Assembly (NCBI GenBank): GCA_044892525.1
Contig: CM097885.1
Coordinates: 127,968,001 to 128,032,000, forward strand
DNA: 64,000 bases
DNA from: Schmidtea polychroa
Taxonomy: Eukaryota
Direction of reading: 5' to 3'
Shown: positions 26,601 through 41,600 of the stretch, piece after piece
How positions within the stretch are numbered: the stretch's first letter is position 1
Layout of the letters: each line of letters starts with the position of its first letter
Translations under genes and position numbers: made by a program
Notes under the pieces: generated by a model
What the model was told of the DNA's origin: nothing
Databases searched by the model: none
The model's input: the letters and a program-made list of their open reading frames with translations, nothing else

Positions 26601-29600
26601 GACAAGGAAGGAAGGCCTCCCAAGTAATCTATAAAGGAATGAAGGTAAATGAAATAGAAAGAAATAGTGGTGTAGATCAGTGCTTCTCAAACTTTCTGAT
26701 GTGGCGTACCGGCAGATGTTTTTTAGATCAGATGGTCGGGACATGGTTCTAAATGACAATCACGTTGATATCCTTGGAAACATGACTCTTTCACTTCTTG
26801 CTGATGACTTACATTCCATGTTACATCTTACTGCTCCACACGTGTGGATCAGGTCAGATGTGTGACATAGAGTAAAATATCAGTCAAATCTTTTAATAAA
26901 GTGCATACAATAACTGTTTCCAATTAAATTACTACCATGCTGTATTTTTATTAGATAAATAAACAAAAAATATCAGTCACATGACCCACCTGTTTCTCAT
27001 GGCATGTAATTTTACATTTGTTTATTTTCCTTTGAAAATCTCTTCGCGTACCGGCAGACTATTGCTTGCGTACCGGCACCGGTACGCGTACCACACTTTG
27101 AGTAGCACTGGTGTAGATGATACAATATAATAATAATCTAATGTCCGCAAGCAAAAAATGTTCAAAAGTAAATATTTATAATCAAACATCCAAGCTAAAT
27201 CATAGACAATATCATATTGAAATGTATTCCATTAGACGAAGTTTTTTTACTCAAGTAACCCATCTACATTAGACATTTTTAAAAATAGGCCTCTCAAATA
27301 CCAATTAAGAATTCTTTTATTTAATTAACAAGATGTTACCCTTCAAAAATGAAGGCGTAATTTTATTTATTAAGTAGTTGCCCCTGATAGTGTCTCTTTA
27401 AATAAAATAGTTTTTTTAATATTTATCTACTTATAATTAGAGTAGTATAAAAAATTATTTATCAATTTAATTTTTTAATAGCGTTATATCCAGACAGACA
27501 GATAACGAACGTTATTATATGTGATTTAATTAATATATCATAAATTTTAATTAATATAAAAAACTATTCTATCTGTAACAATAAAGTGATAATTTAAGGC
27601 TTTTGCTACGAATAATGTATTTAATCAAAAAATTTTCGACTATAAGATAGATTGACAAGGATTATCTTATAGTCGAAAAATTTTTCATTAAATACATTAT
27701 TCGCAGCAAAAGACTTAAATTATCACTTTATTGTTTTAAATAATAAATGCTGATACCAAGAAATCATCACTTTATATTCTATTTATAATTATACAATTAA
27801 TTTTAGCTAGGTATTCCCCTGCCGGATGCATTAATAGTAAGGATATCAGTGTCACAGGGAAAAATTATTTATGCTCCGACATTAGAAACTTAAATATTTG
27901 GAAAATTTCTGACAGTAGTAAAGTTCGATGTAGCTTATGGAAAATGCATCACCCTCATGTATTGGACAATGTCAATAAATATTGTAATATAATAAATTTG
28001 CAACGAACCTTTTATAATTATTCATGGCCGACTCAACAATGCGGGTTTGATGTATGCAGAAGTATGTCAAAAATATATGTATTTCGATATTTATTTGCTT
28101 AATTTATAACGAATTAAATTCAATTAATTTATTTCAATTGTTTAAATTTTATTTTGTCAATGTTGTAATTTATTGCAAATTTTAATAAATCTAATTTTTC
28201 AAGTATGATACTTTATAAAAAACTGAACTAAAATTTTTATAAAATTACATTAACTTTATTAACATAGAAAATGCGTATTCAATTTTCTCAATTTTTCCTA
28301 ACATTATTAATAAAGGAATTTGGTGCAGAACACTTGAAAACACCTAAAGAAAAATAATTAATGTGTACACCATTTTCAAATTCAATCTGCCTGATAAATG
28401 CACATATGCGTACTAGAGACATACAGTCAAAATCGCTAAATAAAAACGAAATAAATCGGTTTCATCTAAAAACATCCTGAAGAAAATCAGTACACAACTT
28501 TAAGTTACGAATTTCTGTATTTTCTATGCAACCACATAAAATGTCAGGTGAATATTATGTCCAAATTGTCTTCTTTGAGTAGATTCAATTGGGAAATGGT
28601 GTATTATACTATAACTTAATTTTCTTACATATAATGATTATGTCAATCATTAGAAAAGCCTAAATCAACTATTCTATTTAATCATAAAACCTTTTCTTGA
28701 TATTTCATTCAATATCTCTTTAATATTGAATGTTATTTTATACAAAACTATTTAATTTCTTCTATGTTTATGATTCTTTTTTTCTATTTTTTTCTATATG
28801 ATTTTAAAAACAAATTAATAATTTATAGTTTAAATGAATATATTTGGATATTCTTTATTAAAACATCCCAAATTCGCCAAGTATTTAAACATATTTAATT
28901 TCAAACTAGTCTTGACATTCTTTTGCATCAAATAATATACAGTTATTGTTTAAATCTTTTGATCAAAATGGATTGCAAATTCAGTTTTTTAATGCCTTTT
29001 ATACTTCATTACTCTAAAAGAGATCTGTTATTACTACTAATTAATGATGCTTCAAGGATTAGCACATGGTACGTTTTACAACAGATTAAAGTATACGTTT
29101 TCAAGGAAGCTAGATTCTATCTAGCAGGAAGACTCTGATTTTGATTATGATGTGCTAGTTATTTACCAAGTGAACAAGGATTTTAAGGATTCGCCTAAAT
29201 ACCGCAATTTTAGAAAATATTTATACAAGAATTTTATACTAAACCGCCTGTGAACATATTTGCCACAAAAGACACTTCGCCTCATCCAAAACATCAAATC
29301 AGCATTATCTCAGAATTTTTCTGTCAGATTTTTCATACCACAAGCAAGAAGAATATTATAGCTGATAAGCTTTCCCTCAATACCAATGCCACATTTTTTA
29401 AGTTAACCTGCCTTAACTTAGCTCACCATCAGAACCTCTGTAGTAGATAATAAAATTTTATAAACAACATTGTAACACTATTATTTAATTATTGAAAGTT
29501 GAAGAAGAAATTTAACCAAATATAAATGTCATTCAAGGGGAAAATATTTTGTTGAAAATATTTGAGCCAAGATTTATAGAGAATTTCTGAAAGGTTTTTG

Positions 29601-32600
29601 AAGAGAATTTGCCTAGATTCAAAATAAAAGAGTACCGATATCAGATATCCATCTCCAGTTGCCAGTCTAGTGTTTATATCGGCCATAAACTAATGAGGCA
29701 TTCTATTGAAATTGTTGGTGTTGCAACCCCTTCCAACTTTAGATGTATTCATTTGAAAGTTGATTATATATTTCGTTGTGATAATAAAAAATAATTTTTA
29801 CCGATTAAAAGTTTTGATTGATACCAAAGAATTCATGTTGATAGAAATAAATAATTATATTTAAATCAAATACTACATTTATATACTACATTATTATATA
29901 CTTAAAAATACCGAAAATATTTAAGACATAAATTTTATTTAGATAAATTAAATTATATATGCAAAATATCGAAATTTGGAATAGAATACCGTGGCAATCA
30001 TTCGGTAACACGATCGGGATATCCTTGTGATAAATGGAAAAATCACAAAAATTATATTAAAAACCACCTGTGGTTAATTTATGAAGAAAATTATTGCAGA
30101 AATCCGACTAATGACCCAAATGGACCTTGGTGCTTTTTAAATCACCCAAAAAAAAATATATCGCACTGTAAAGTTCCGGAATGCAGTAAGTTTTGAAAAA
30201 TTTAATTATAATTGGTATAAGTCTCTATTGCTATATTTTTGCTAACATATAAAATTATATCTATANNNNNNNNNNNNNNNNNNNNNNNNNNNNNNNNNNN
30301 NNNNNNNNNNNNNNNNNNNNNNNNNNNNNNNNNNNNNNNNNNNNNNNNNNNNNNNNNNNNNNNNNNNNNNNNNNNNNNNNNNNNNNNNNNNNNNNNNNNN
30401 NNNNNNNNNNNNNNNNNNNNNNNNNNNNNNNNNNNNNNNNNNNNNNNNNNNNNNNNNNNNNNNNTAAGTAAGCGAAATCTGTAAATAACAAAAATCACGA
30501 GTGATATCCATAAACCTTATTTATTTGATATATATATATATATATAGCCAATTTTTATTGTGGAAACCATTATGAGAAAAGCAGCATTTACTATAGCATT
30601 CAAAAAGGAAGTCATTGAATACAACGAATAAGGAAACTCTTATTACAAGGTTAGAAAATTCTTTAGTGAGCGAGATAAATGCGGTTATAAACAATTTATA
30701 TAGTATTCAAAAACAGACCTCTCTGATGATGAGAGTAGTTAGCGGTGGGAGAAAGACATCGCTTGATTCTCTTGAGGAGATTCTGGCGAATGAAATAATT
30801 GAGCTGAGATTAATGAAAGCAAAAATTATAAGAACCTTCATATCTAATCGTGATTTTTCCTTGACTGAGCAGAATAATATTGTTTCTAAAGCAACAGCCA
30901 ATTGGATCTCGGGTTTTATGGCAAGAAATGGCAAGAAATAGACTTAGAAAAACTACGAATTTCACAACCCTGTCTAATATCTCAAACCATCAACTACATG
31001 CGTTATCTTCAACATGTGCTCAAAGACAATCGAACTAAGACGGTTGATTTAAGGGACCGCAAGCATGTCATCATGAAGTCGACAGGATTTGCTTCTTTGA
31101 GAATAACTGTGATAATATCAGTTTGAGCAATTGATAGAATGGTAGTCCCTCTGATAATACACAAGGTCAAATATTCACAAAATATTATGAAAAATAGAAA
31201 TGTTTTTAATGTGAAACAAAGCAAGGCCTGGGTTAATCAAGAACTGATGATCTTATGGATTGATTTGAAGTTTCCTCTGTTTGATGTTAGTTCTGTTAGA
31301 TATATCGTTTGAAATTCATGCCGACCCATTTCACTGAAAGGATAAAAGAACATTGCCGAATGAGAGATATAAAGTTGGTTGTGATATCTGGTGATCTGAC
31401 ACCGTATCTGCAAGCATATATTAAAATTTAGAAAGAATTTAAAGATAAAATTTGTCATTCAATCAATATTTGGAAGATCTCTGGGATTATATATAGTTCA
31501 CAAGAACAGGTAATCAAAAACATCCAAGTCATCAAACTGTTAACCTTTGGTCGATGAGGCCTGGAGTAGTCTTTTTGCTGAAAATATACTCAATTCAATT
31601 AGTTCGGCAGGATTTTCGACTAATTTTGAAGACATGCATATTTCAAAGCATGATGTTAATGGGGAAATATTTGGTGTCAACTTTCTTAGTTTAAATCATG
31701 AACAGTTAATGGTTAATCAAGATAATGGTGTGGTCGAACCCGATATTATAGATCTAGCCGACAAATTAAATTTTTGTCTATTATTTTTTTGAAACCACCA
31801 AATAGTATGAACCAAAAATTATTTTTTTATGGTCATACAATTTATTAATATAACTTATACTATTTAGCAATATCCACTTTTTATTATACACTTTTTATTA
31901 GATTTAATAATTTTTATATTTTATATTCTTTTTCTGAATTTTTAAAAATTTTATTTAAAATTAAAATAAATATCATAGAATTATAGAAGCTAATGATAGA
32001 AGCTTTAAAAATTTAAAAATTTTAGTTGGTTTTATTTTGAATTTTAAATGATATTTATTTTAATTTGAAATAAAATTTTTAAAAATTCAGAAAAAGAAAG
32101 TATATCATTATATTATATTTATAACCAATGAGAAGTAAGAAAAAGGAAATAAAAGAAAGATAGAAATGTATGTGCGGGAAGAAGATTGCTATATTCCAGG
32201 AGATTAACAAAGACTATCTTATAGTCGAAATTATTTTCATTTAATACATTATTCGTAGCAAAAGGTTTAAATTATCACTTTATTGTATTATTATTATTAT
32301 TATTATAATTATTTGTCAAAATATAGTTCTAACTTTAAATTATTAAAAATATAAAGGTTTAATTTTTAAAAAAACTTTCAGTTAATATTGCACCATTTGG
32401 AGTTGTTTCCATGAGCTCTACAAAGAGTGCAAACAATATATTTTGTTTAGAAGAAGAAACTGGTAAAGATTATAAAGGATTTTTGAATTATACTATTAAT
32501 GGATATTGTAAAATATGGTCAAAACAAAATTTCATAATAAATTTAAATGACAATCATAACTATTGTAGAAATTATGGAAATCGTAAACGTCCTTGGTGTT

Positions 32601-35600
32601 TTGTTTATAATCTTCAATTCGATTGGGCGTATTGCGATATTCCTTTATGCAGTATGGAAATATTTATCCTTTGAGCTTAGTTAAAAAGATAATTTGTAGG
32701 TAACTTTTCTCAAGGCGATATCTTTGGTCCGTCGAGATCTATTGATTACATTTTACAAAGAAATCTGGAATCATGTGCGGTTTCTAAAGAGCATACCGAA
32801 AACGATACTGCATATATCACATGGAAGTGGTTAATTGGAGATGTTGCTAGGATTGTTGGGGTTCGAATTTATCCCCAAGAACAATATCTGGAGGATAATA
32901 AAGGACTAAGTATACTTTTATACAACAGTGGATTTCGTGAGACAGTTATTTGTAAAATGCAAAATCTGCCAAGTTCAATGCCTTTTACCGACTATCCGTG
33001 TATTTACAAAGCTAATAAATTAATGGCCGCCTTAAAAACTGGACAGAATAAATATAAAAATTCAACAACCTTAGCCATTTGTCAAATAGAAATTTATAGT
33101 AATTTAAATTGTTTATAACAGTGATTAGTTAATTTTTTAAACCTAACTACCTTTTTTAAAAGGAAATACGCAAAAAATATGTATAAAGACGATTTTGATG
33201 ACATTATAATAGGAAACTTTTAATTATATAATTTAAAAAAATTTTTAAAATTATATTCAAATTTAAAAATGAAATTTTTAACTTTTATTATACATTTTTG
33301 TCAATACAATTCGTAATACAAAATTTATTCAATGCGCTTTGAAGATAAAAAAATTTCATGGTTGAATTTCTCCAACGGAAATGCTAAAAAAATCAATAGT
33401 AAAAATCAACAAAAATGTTGACAACAAAATATTTATTCTATAATAAAGTAATCATAACACTCAAACATTAAGTATGACCATATTTTAAATAATTTTTCAA
33501 AATATTTTTCTACTCCTTTTTTCTCTGTTATTTTTGAGAATATTATTAATTGTTGCAGTCATAGAACGAAAAATTAATCTTATTAAAAATCGAATAAAAA
33601 ATTATATATAAATCTATAAAAAAAAACTTTGCAAGTTTTGAATGACAAAAAAGCACGAGTCAATCTAGAAAGCATAAAAAGCAAGAAATCGATAATTAAT
33701 TATTAATCATAATTAATTTTTGAAAAATCGGCCTGGGAGGGGCATGATAGAAATGGTTTTGTTACAAAATGCACCGTAGGGCACGAAACACACAAAAATT
33801 TCTAAATATTATTTAATTTCCATGAAAATCTTTTTATAATTTTATAAATATGATTGTTTTATCTGTTGAATAAAAATGTTTATTTATTTTCATTTTAAAA
33901 ATTTGGCTTCTAAATTTTAAACCTTTTAAAATTTATAATCCGTTTTTAGTATGGCTATCCTGAAGTGCTAAAATTTAACTTTGTGTCAAAGCCGAGATTT
34001 TTAAAATTTCAAAAGGATAATAATGAGCTATTTATTAATTATATTATTATAAAATTTATAAAATTTCTTTAACTTCTCCACAAATTCTCATTTTACTGTT
34101 TCGATAAGGCCCTTGTCTTTTATTGAAGAGGAAATTCGGTGCAGTCTTAGTTTCTATAAATTTTATTCAAAATCCAATATTTCGAATAATTGCTGGAATA
34201 ATTTTATTATTAACCATTTGATGTACAATTTTATTTTTAATTTTTGATCAAAAAGTAATCGAATATTCTTAAAGTGAAAAATGTACGTACTGTAGAATCA
34301 TTTAGTCTCTATTGCATCAAGAACAAGCAAGTAAAATTTGGCGAGTAAATATAGTGGTTGGCCGTTTCTCATCCGAGGATGTCAAAATTACTAGTAAACA
34401 GTGCTTGTGTCGGACAAGGCACGTACGTTAACCCTTTCAATACGATTTTTTTATTTTAATAATTCATGTAATATTTATAGCACACGTGTCTACTGTTTGT
34501 TAGCAACATCTAGACTGACAAAATTTTATAGAAAGAAATAAAGCAGACAGCAAACAGCAACAAAGCAGACAGGTTTGGACTTGTTTACGAGTCTATGACC
34601 GTACAGTGCTAAAATAGACTATAAAATTCTCTGGGACAATATGTCCCTACAGTATTGAAAGGGTTAAGTGGTAAAATCCAACATAATTACTCTAAATAAT
34701 TTTAAACACTTGACAAATGATAAATAAGATAATTTATCTCTAATTAAATTTTCATTCAAATCATTATAAACGCATTTCATACTATTAAATTATTCCAATA
34801 TTACCTATAAATTTTCAATAATTATTCTTAGAAATGCCATTATCAAGGGAGCTCATGCGTAAGGCGAAGGATAGTCCCTTGTCCATGTCCTCGGATTAAA
34901 AAACTTAAAATTAAAAACACTTAATTTCTGAATTGTGGTCTGTATATAACTAAATTTTTAAAAAAAAATTTAAAAAATAAAAAAGAGGTTAGGAAAATAA
35001 TAACAAAATATTTTATTTTTAAAAAACGATATATTTTACAATTATTCTTTGGAAAAACTATTCTTGATATGGTTTTGGAGTGGGGCGGCATTTTATTTTC
35101 ACTGTGAAGTAAATTTAATTGTTGCCGATACATTTGATTTTTTATTTTTAATGTTTACTTATTTTTTATAGTAATTTTTGAATATACAAATTAATTTATT
35201 TCTCCCAGCCTGGTATGTTTATTTTTATAAAAATTTTTTTTAGTCATAATATTTTACAATTAAAATTTTAGTATTTAAAATGCATAGAAAAAACCTATAT
35301 AATGTTATTTTCATGCAGAATATAAAGCAAGACACATAATATTTTATTTCAATTTATTTTTATTATATGAAAATATGAATTATTACAATGATTTTACTTT
35401 ATTGTAATTTAATAATCTTCAGTAAATATTTTTCTCTGGCTATTTTTAATACCGTTTTACAATTATTTATCGTGATTTTGATAATGAGCTATTTCTTTAT
35501 CCACCAATTATGTCTTTCTTTTTAATTAATAGCAAAAAATCTTTTTATCATTTATAATAGATATTCGCAAATTCTTTAAAAAGTCGCGGTCAGAGGAATC

Positions 35601-38600
35601 AAAATGATTAACCCTTTCCTTTCTGAATTAAGAGTTGAAGAAAAAATAATCAAAAACGTGTTTTTTATGTACATATAGGGTACCAAAAATGGTTTTTATG
35701 ATTTTTTTGCCATACAAAAAATTTCAAAGCTGGGGGAATTCTCATGTACTGCAGTGGTAATTCCTTTTCAAAATGGTTCATATCGTCTTTGTCATCCGAA
35801 AATTCTATTTCAGAAAGGGATTAAATGATTTTACATTAAAAGTATAGATCTTCTTTATCGATCATAAATTAAAATATTATATCTACCAGTCCATAGATGT
35901 CTATACATGTATGAAATATATCATGATGCCATATGTTATCATTAGCCAGGAAAGGGTTAAGTTCTTCTATAATTATTTCTGAAGAATCAAAAACAATCGG
36001 CAGATAACATTAATATGAATCAGTCTTTGAAGATGGGGTGAATACTTCCACTATTTTTTATATATAACATTTCTTGGAAACTGATATTGTTTCACCAAGG
36101 AAAACTCGATACAAGGCTTTCACACAGCCGTATGATTTTAAGAATGGCTCTCTTGGGTCGCGTACTTTTCGTCATCAATAGGTATTATCAATAGCTATAA
36201 GACTTGTAGACGAAAATATTACTTAGGATGTGTTTCGCTAGAAAGTATGGGCACAAAACCAATTTCAACATATATTTTCATCATTGAGAAATTTTGGCTT
36301 GGATATGACTAAAAATTTAGATCCAAGGTATGATGGATGTTCTGCGATAACAAGGAAAATAAATGGTGTACAAAAGCTCATTCAGAAACAATATTCTTTG
36401 ACAAACTTCTTTCATTGCGCTTTGCATAGACTTAACTTTTTTGTAAATGATTTAAATAATGTTCAAGAAGTATAGAACATAGTAATTTTTTGCGTACAAT
36501 AAAAAATTGTTAAAATTTTTCAAGACAATTTTCATCCGATCTTACAATGACTAATACACTTGTTGGCAAGGTGCTTTTCGATTATATCACGTATGCTCTT
36601 CATATTATGGTGCATATTATGGTACAATACTCAGCTTTACTCTAATCCAGTGATTCTCAACCTTTTATACTGGTGACCCCATTGATATTTTTTTACGACT
36701 TCACGAACCAAATTTCTTTAAGGAAAATATAAAATACCAGAAGGATTGGAAACAATTTTTCACAAATATATATATTTTTATAAATATGGCGACCCCGAGG
36801 TTGAGAACCAGTGCTCTAATCTGTTGTGTAAAACATATTATCTGTTAAAAAGATTAACACGGTAAAGATAACTTTTCAAGATCACCACGGAAATGCCGAA
36901 AAACATTTTCATTGTGTCTTTCAAGTTGTTAAAAAAAGTTCAAATAAATTTCATTATCACATTTGTTTTTTTTCAAACCTAATGTCAACCTTTTTATGAA
37001 ACTTTTAATTATAATTTGATTTAAATAATTTTTAGTCACAGGAGAAACGAGAGATTGTTTTAATTTCTTAAAAGGCATTGATTTTATGGGATTACGTTCC
37101 ATTACTATTTCGGGAAAAATTTGCACGAAATGGAAAATGCACAAAATATCTCAATCATTTCAATTTCCTGAAGGCCCTGGCTCAGATCCAGATATATTGA
37201 ATATAGTTCATAATTATTGCAGAAATCCGGTTTTGAATAACACTGTTACTGGTACTTCACCATACTGTTTTACAGGTGACAATGAGGCTACAGAACCATG
37301 CGATATTAGTCTTTGCACGAGTAAGCATTTAGTTGATATTTGTATACTGCTTTATTTATTATTTATATAAATTTAAAGGTAATGGAAAGGTTGCGTACAC
37401 CAAATACTGTAAAGGATACTATACCTATCTATCCAGGGACGTAACCAGGATTTCAGCTAGGGGGGGCAAAATTATTAATTATTGCAATTCATCGAGCAAT
37501 GTTAAAAGTTGATACAGAAAAATAGAAAAAATATTTTAAAATAATTATCAAATTTATTATTAATTATTTACAATGTATATCACATAGAATATATTACAAT
37601 ATAATATTAATTCGTCCTTGTCCCTTTATTAATTCAAAAAGTTTAACCTTTTTTTATCCATGGTATTTCTAACACCAGTTAATGTATCAAATACGGAGAA
37701 GAGGAGGTAGTTTACGCACGTAGGCGAGCACAACAATACATGTAACCGGGTCGGTTAAACCGGCACCTGTCTATTTACTTTGTTGTGCCGAAAAGAGCAT
37801 AGTTGTACTGTCTTAGATTTGAAAAGACTTAACTAAAAATATACATTGTTTTTTTTAATTTCATACAATTCTCATAAAAAAACCAAAATAAAGGTTTTAT
37901 TAAAATATTTTATCCCAATTTATATTTGATAATCTATAATTTATTTAGGGGGAGTGGGGGTAAAACAAGTAAGCAACAATTTAGAGACCCCAGTATTTTT
38001 CACACTGCCAACTATATGTGACTTTATCATGATCAAGAGTATATATTGATTCGAATCCACATCAAGGAAGATTATTGAATGACTAGAGACGATTCTCAAG
38101 CAAAGTAGTTTTTTAAGAAGCCCTTCATTAAATTTGCATAATATTAGCGGAAATTGAATTTTCAATAAATATTTCATGTATATTAAATTAAAGTATTTGT
38201 TATTTTTCAACGGACGCTTTAATAAAATTAGTAAAATTAGTAAAAATATATTAAAGGCTACAAAGTAAAATAAACAAAACAAGATTAATAACATATACTC
38301 AGAAAACACTCAGCTCAGAACACAGAACATGTTTCATATATTGTAAATTAGGTACTCTTTTCAAATATCTTAATTTATCTTCTGTTTTAATCTCTTTTAT
38401 TAACTCTTAAGCTGTTGCATTTGCTATTGTCAATCGGTGACAAGCTATATCCCATTGCAGTTCAACGAAAAGATTTCACATATTTGGATGTCTACAATGA
38501 TATAAAAAGTTAAATGTGTTAAGAAATCCTTTAGATAATTATTATCTAAAGGATTTCTTAACACATTTATTATAAGCCTCTTAATTTCCGGCCATCACAA

Positions 38601-41600
38601 ATAAACTTATGCATTTGATTTCGTATTTATTACACTGTTATTATTGTACACTTTTAAAAATCGATCAATACTTTCTGAGGTGCCAGCCCTTGCTACCTGT
38701 AAATGGCACGTTTGCAGTTGATGAAAAATGTTTCGTACTTTATCAAAAGTTCTATCCCCAAACATTGTATCTTTCCTGAATTTATTTAAATGTGTAATAT
38801 TTCGTAGTACTAGATTTCTCTGAGGAGTAATTAAGCCTGTATCATAATGAACTAATTCTATATAATCTTATAGTATTGAAAGACTAGATTCTTTAGGCAT
38901 GTATGTCATAAATTCGTTACTGACACGTGAAAGTAATCCATCAATAACAATTCTTGGGGTCGCATTTATTTCAGTGATAGCATGTTTCATTTTCCTTTAC
39001 AAAATAATTACTCTCAATCTTTTGAGGGCAGGAATCGTGACCATGCGCAGAAGGCCGCTGTACAATATTCTCCCTTTCTATAATAGTAAAATATCACTTT
39101 ATAAGTCAATTTTGTTTACATCTCCACGTGATTATTCCATTTTTACGACGAAAACCCAGATATTTTCGTGTCTATTATAGATCAATACTTGATTTCATCT
39201 CTATTGTAAAATGTTATTTATATGGGAAATGAATGGTAGTTATAGTATTTGATATCTTTTTATGGTATCCTTTACAATGTTTCATTTGTGTGCAATTTTT
39301 CTATCATGAATTTTAAACAATCAAATTAGATATGTAATAGTCTTTCCTGTTATTATTTGCTTGATTCGATACATTAATGACATCCATCACTAGAGTTGCC
39401 ACACGTCCTACTTTCGGTAGGACAGTCATGCAATTTGGATATTTGTCCTATGTACTACTGTAGTAGGTTATTGATTTGTCCTACTTTGAGCCTCTCAACA
39501 TGTGGCAACCCTATCCATCACAATACGAAAATTTCCATATTTTTTTTGTATTTAATTTAACAATTATTTTTAATATTTTTATTTTTATTTTTAGCATGAA
39601 TGAGTTAACAATTGTAAAAGGAATATTCATACACAAGGATTCCACAATTATTTTATCTTTATAAATTTTAAACATTTTTAATATGAATTTTACAATTAAA
39701 CCATTTTATCATTCCATATTTTAAATTCACAATTTTTAAATTTATTATATTAATTTAATTATTGTTTTTAACCCTTTTAAATGAGAATTAAATCTTATTC
39801 AAGTAAATTATCCTCACTCTTGCAACATTGAAAATTTGGTTATTCTTAATGTAAAAAATATGAAAAAATAATTTCTATTTTTTATATTTTAATGAATTTG
39901 TAGAAATATCATTAAAGCTATTTTTAGCGACCCATTAGATATATTTCTACTAACAAACATCTCAAACGCTCACATATCAGAAAAATTAAAAAAATATTTA
40001 AATTAAAAAAATACATCTCTCTTCATTTATGTGTTGGAAAGTGAAAATTATTTTCGATTAATATGTTAAGTGTCACTAACCTCATATGAGGTTTTCCTTA
40101 AATGTGACCCAAAAGTATCACTGACATCATATAAAGCTTTTTTATTTTATCGATTACTTTCAAGGTCTCACATGATGTTTGGAGCAGCATCAAAAGGAAA
40201 CTATATATGAGGCCAGTGAGGCTTAGCAAGTTAATTCCCTCGATTGATCTTCATTACATGTGGAAGGCCTTCTTGAGTGTTTTTGATTTTAAAGACTGTA
40301 ATCACCACTTATAAATCTTTTAAACTGCTTGTGAACAGTTCTATCCACTAAAACAACGACCAGTATTCCAATGCACTGGAACACCACAAAACAGATTATT
40401 TAAAGTACTGGCCACACCGCGTTCCACTGAAATAAACTAGAAATCTATATTAAAACAATTTTATTTGTATATAATATGCACACTGCATAAAAACAACAAC
40501 GAAAATAACCTGAAATGACAATTTTGCGTAAATTCAATTGCCCGATTCCAACCAAGCATAGTTTTACTTATTCGCATTAAGAGGAAGTACTAAGATTTTC
40601 ATATTTCGTCATTTTCGAACTGTGTTACTAAAGACTTTTCATGAAATATTTTACTTTTATTATACATTTTTGTAAATACAATTCGTAATACAAAATTTAT
40701 TCATTGCGCTTTGAAGATAAAAAAATGTCATTATCAAATTTCTACAAAGAAAAAGCTAAAAAATGTGGAGTTGCCGACCATTGTACTCGAGTACCTTCAC
40801 TTAAACTGGATATAACTCGTTTGTTGTTTTTATATCATTTTCACTTTTCCTTTAAATGAAGATTTTCACATGTCGCAAATATACTTTATTTTCAGTCATA
40901 TTAAATCGAATTAATTTATTTTAATCAGATTTTGTTTTGAAATACTTTAGACTTCGAAGTTTAGAGTATGTTGATTCAAAATTTGTATAATAATTAAATT
41001 TTATTATATATTATTAACAAATACTAGCATATTAAAATATGTCTACACAAAAGCTCAGCGAGGAGGAGGAAAGCGGGGTCTACCATGCCCCGGGCGCTAA
41101 ATGGTTCTCAATACAAACAAGATTTTCCGGAAGATTTCATTTTTTATTTTAATCGATTTCTGGGATATTTTAAATTATTAATTATTGTAATATAATTAAT
41201 CATTTTCTTTCTTGATTTGTCTAATAAAATATTTTATAAATAATGTTTACAGTAAATCAATCAAATATCACTGTATACAAAACTTTCTTTTTTCTGAATA
41301 CTTTATTTTTCTAAGATAATGATAAATAAGTACAGAAAATGCAACAGAAACATACATTGTAATTCCGGACGTTCTGGAGTTCAAAGGTATTGGTTACTTA
41401 AAATTCAGTAATAATCTTCAAATAATATCGAAATAATTCTTGTAAAATTTCATTTATCCTTCATTTATACATTCCAATCTCTCTATATAAAAAAAGCTAA
41501 GGGTCCCCTCCATCCGAATTTTACTTTTTTTTTATTTTTTTAAATTTTTTTACTTTTTAATTTTTTGATTTTTTAATTTTAATTTAATTTTTTATTTTTT

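Noticed and set aside
30202-30511. ORFs crossing N runs (also 26182-26379 and 49047-49283)
   Set aside because: Artefacts of translating assembly gaps.
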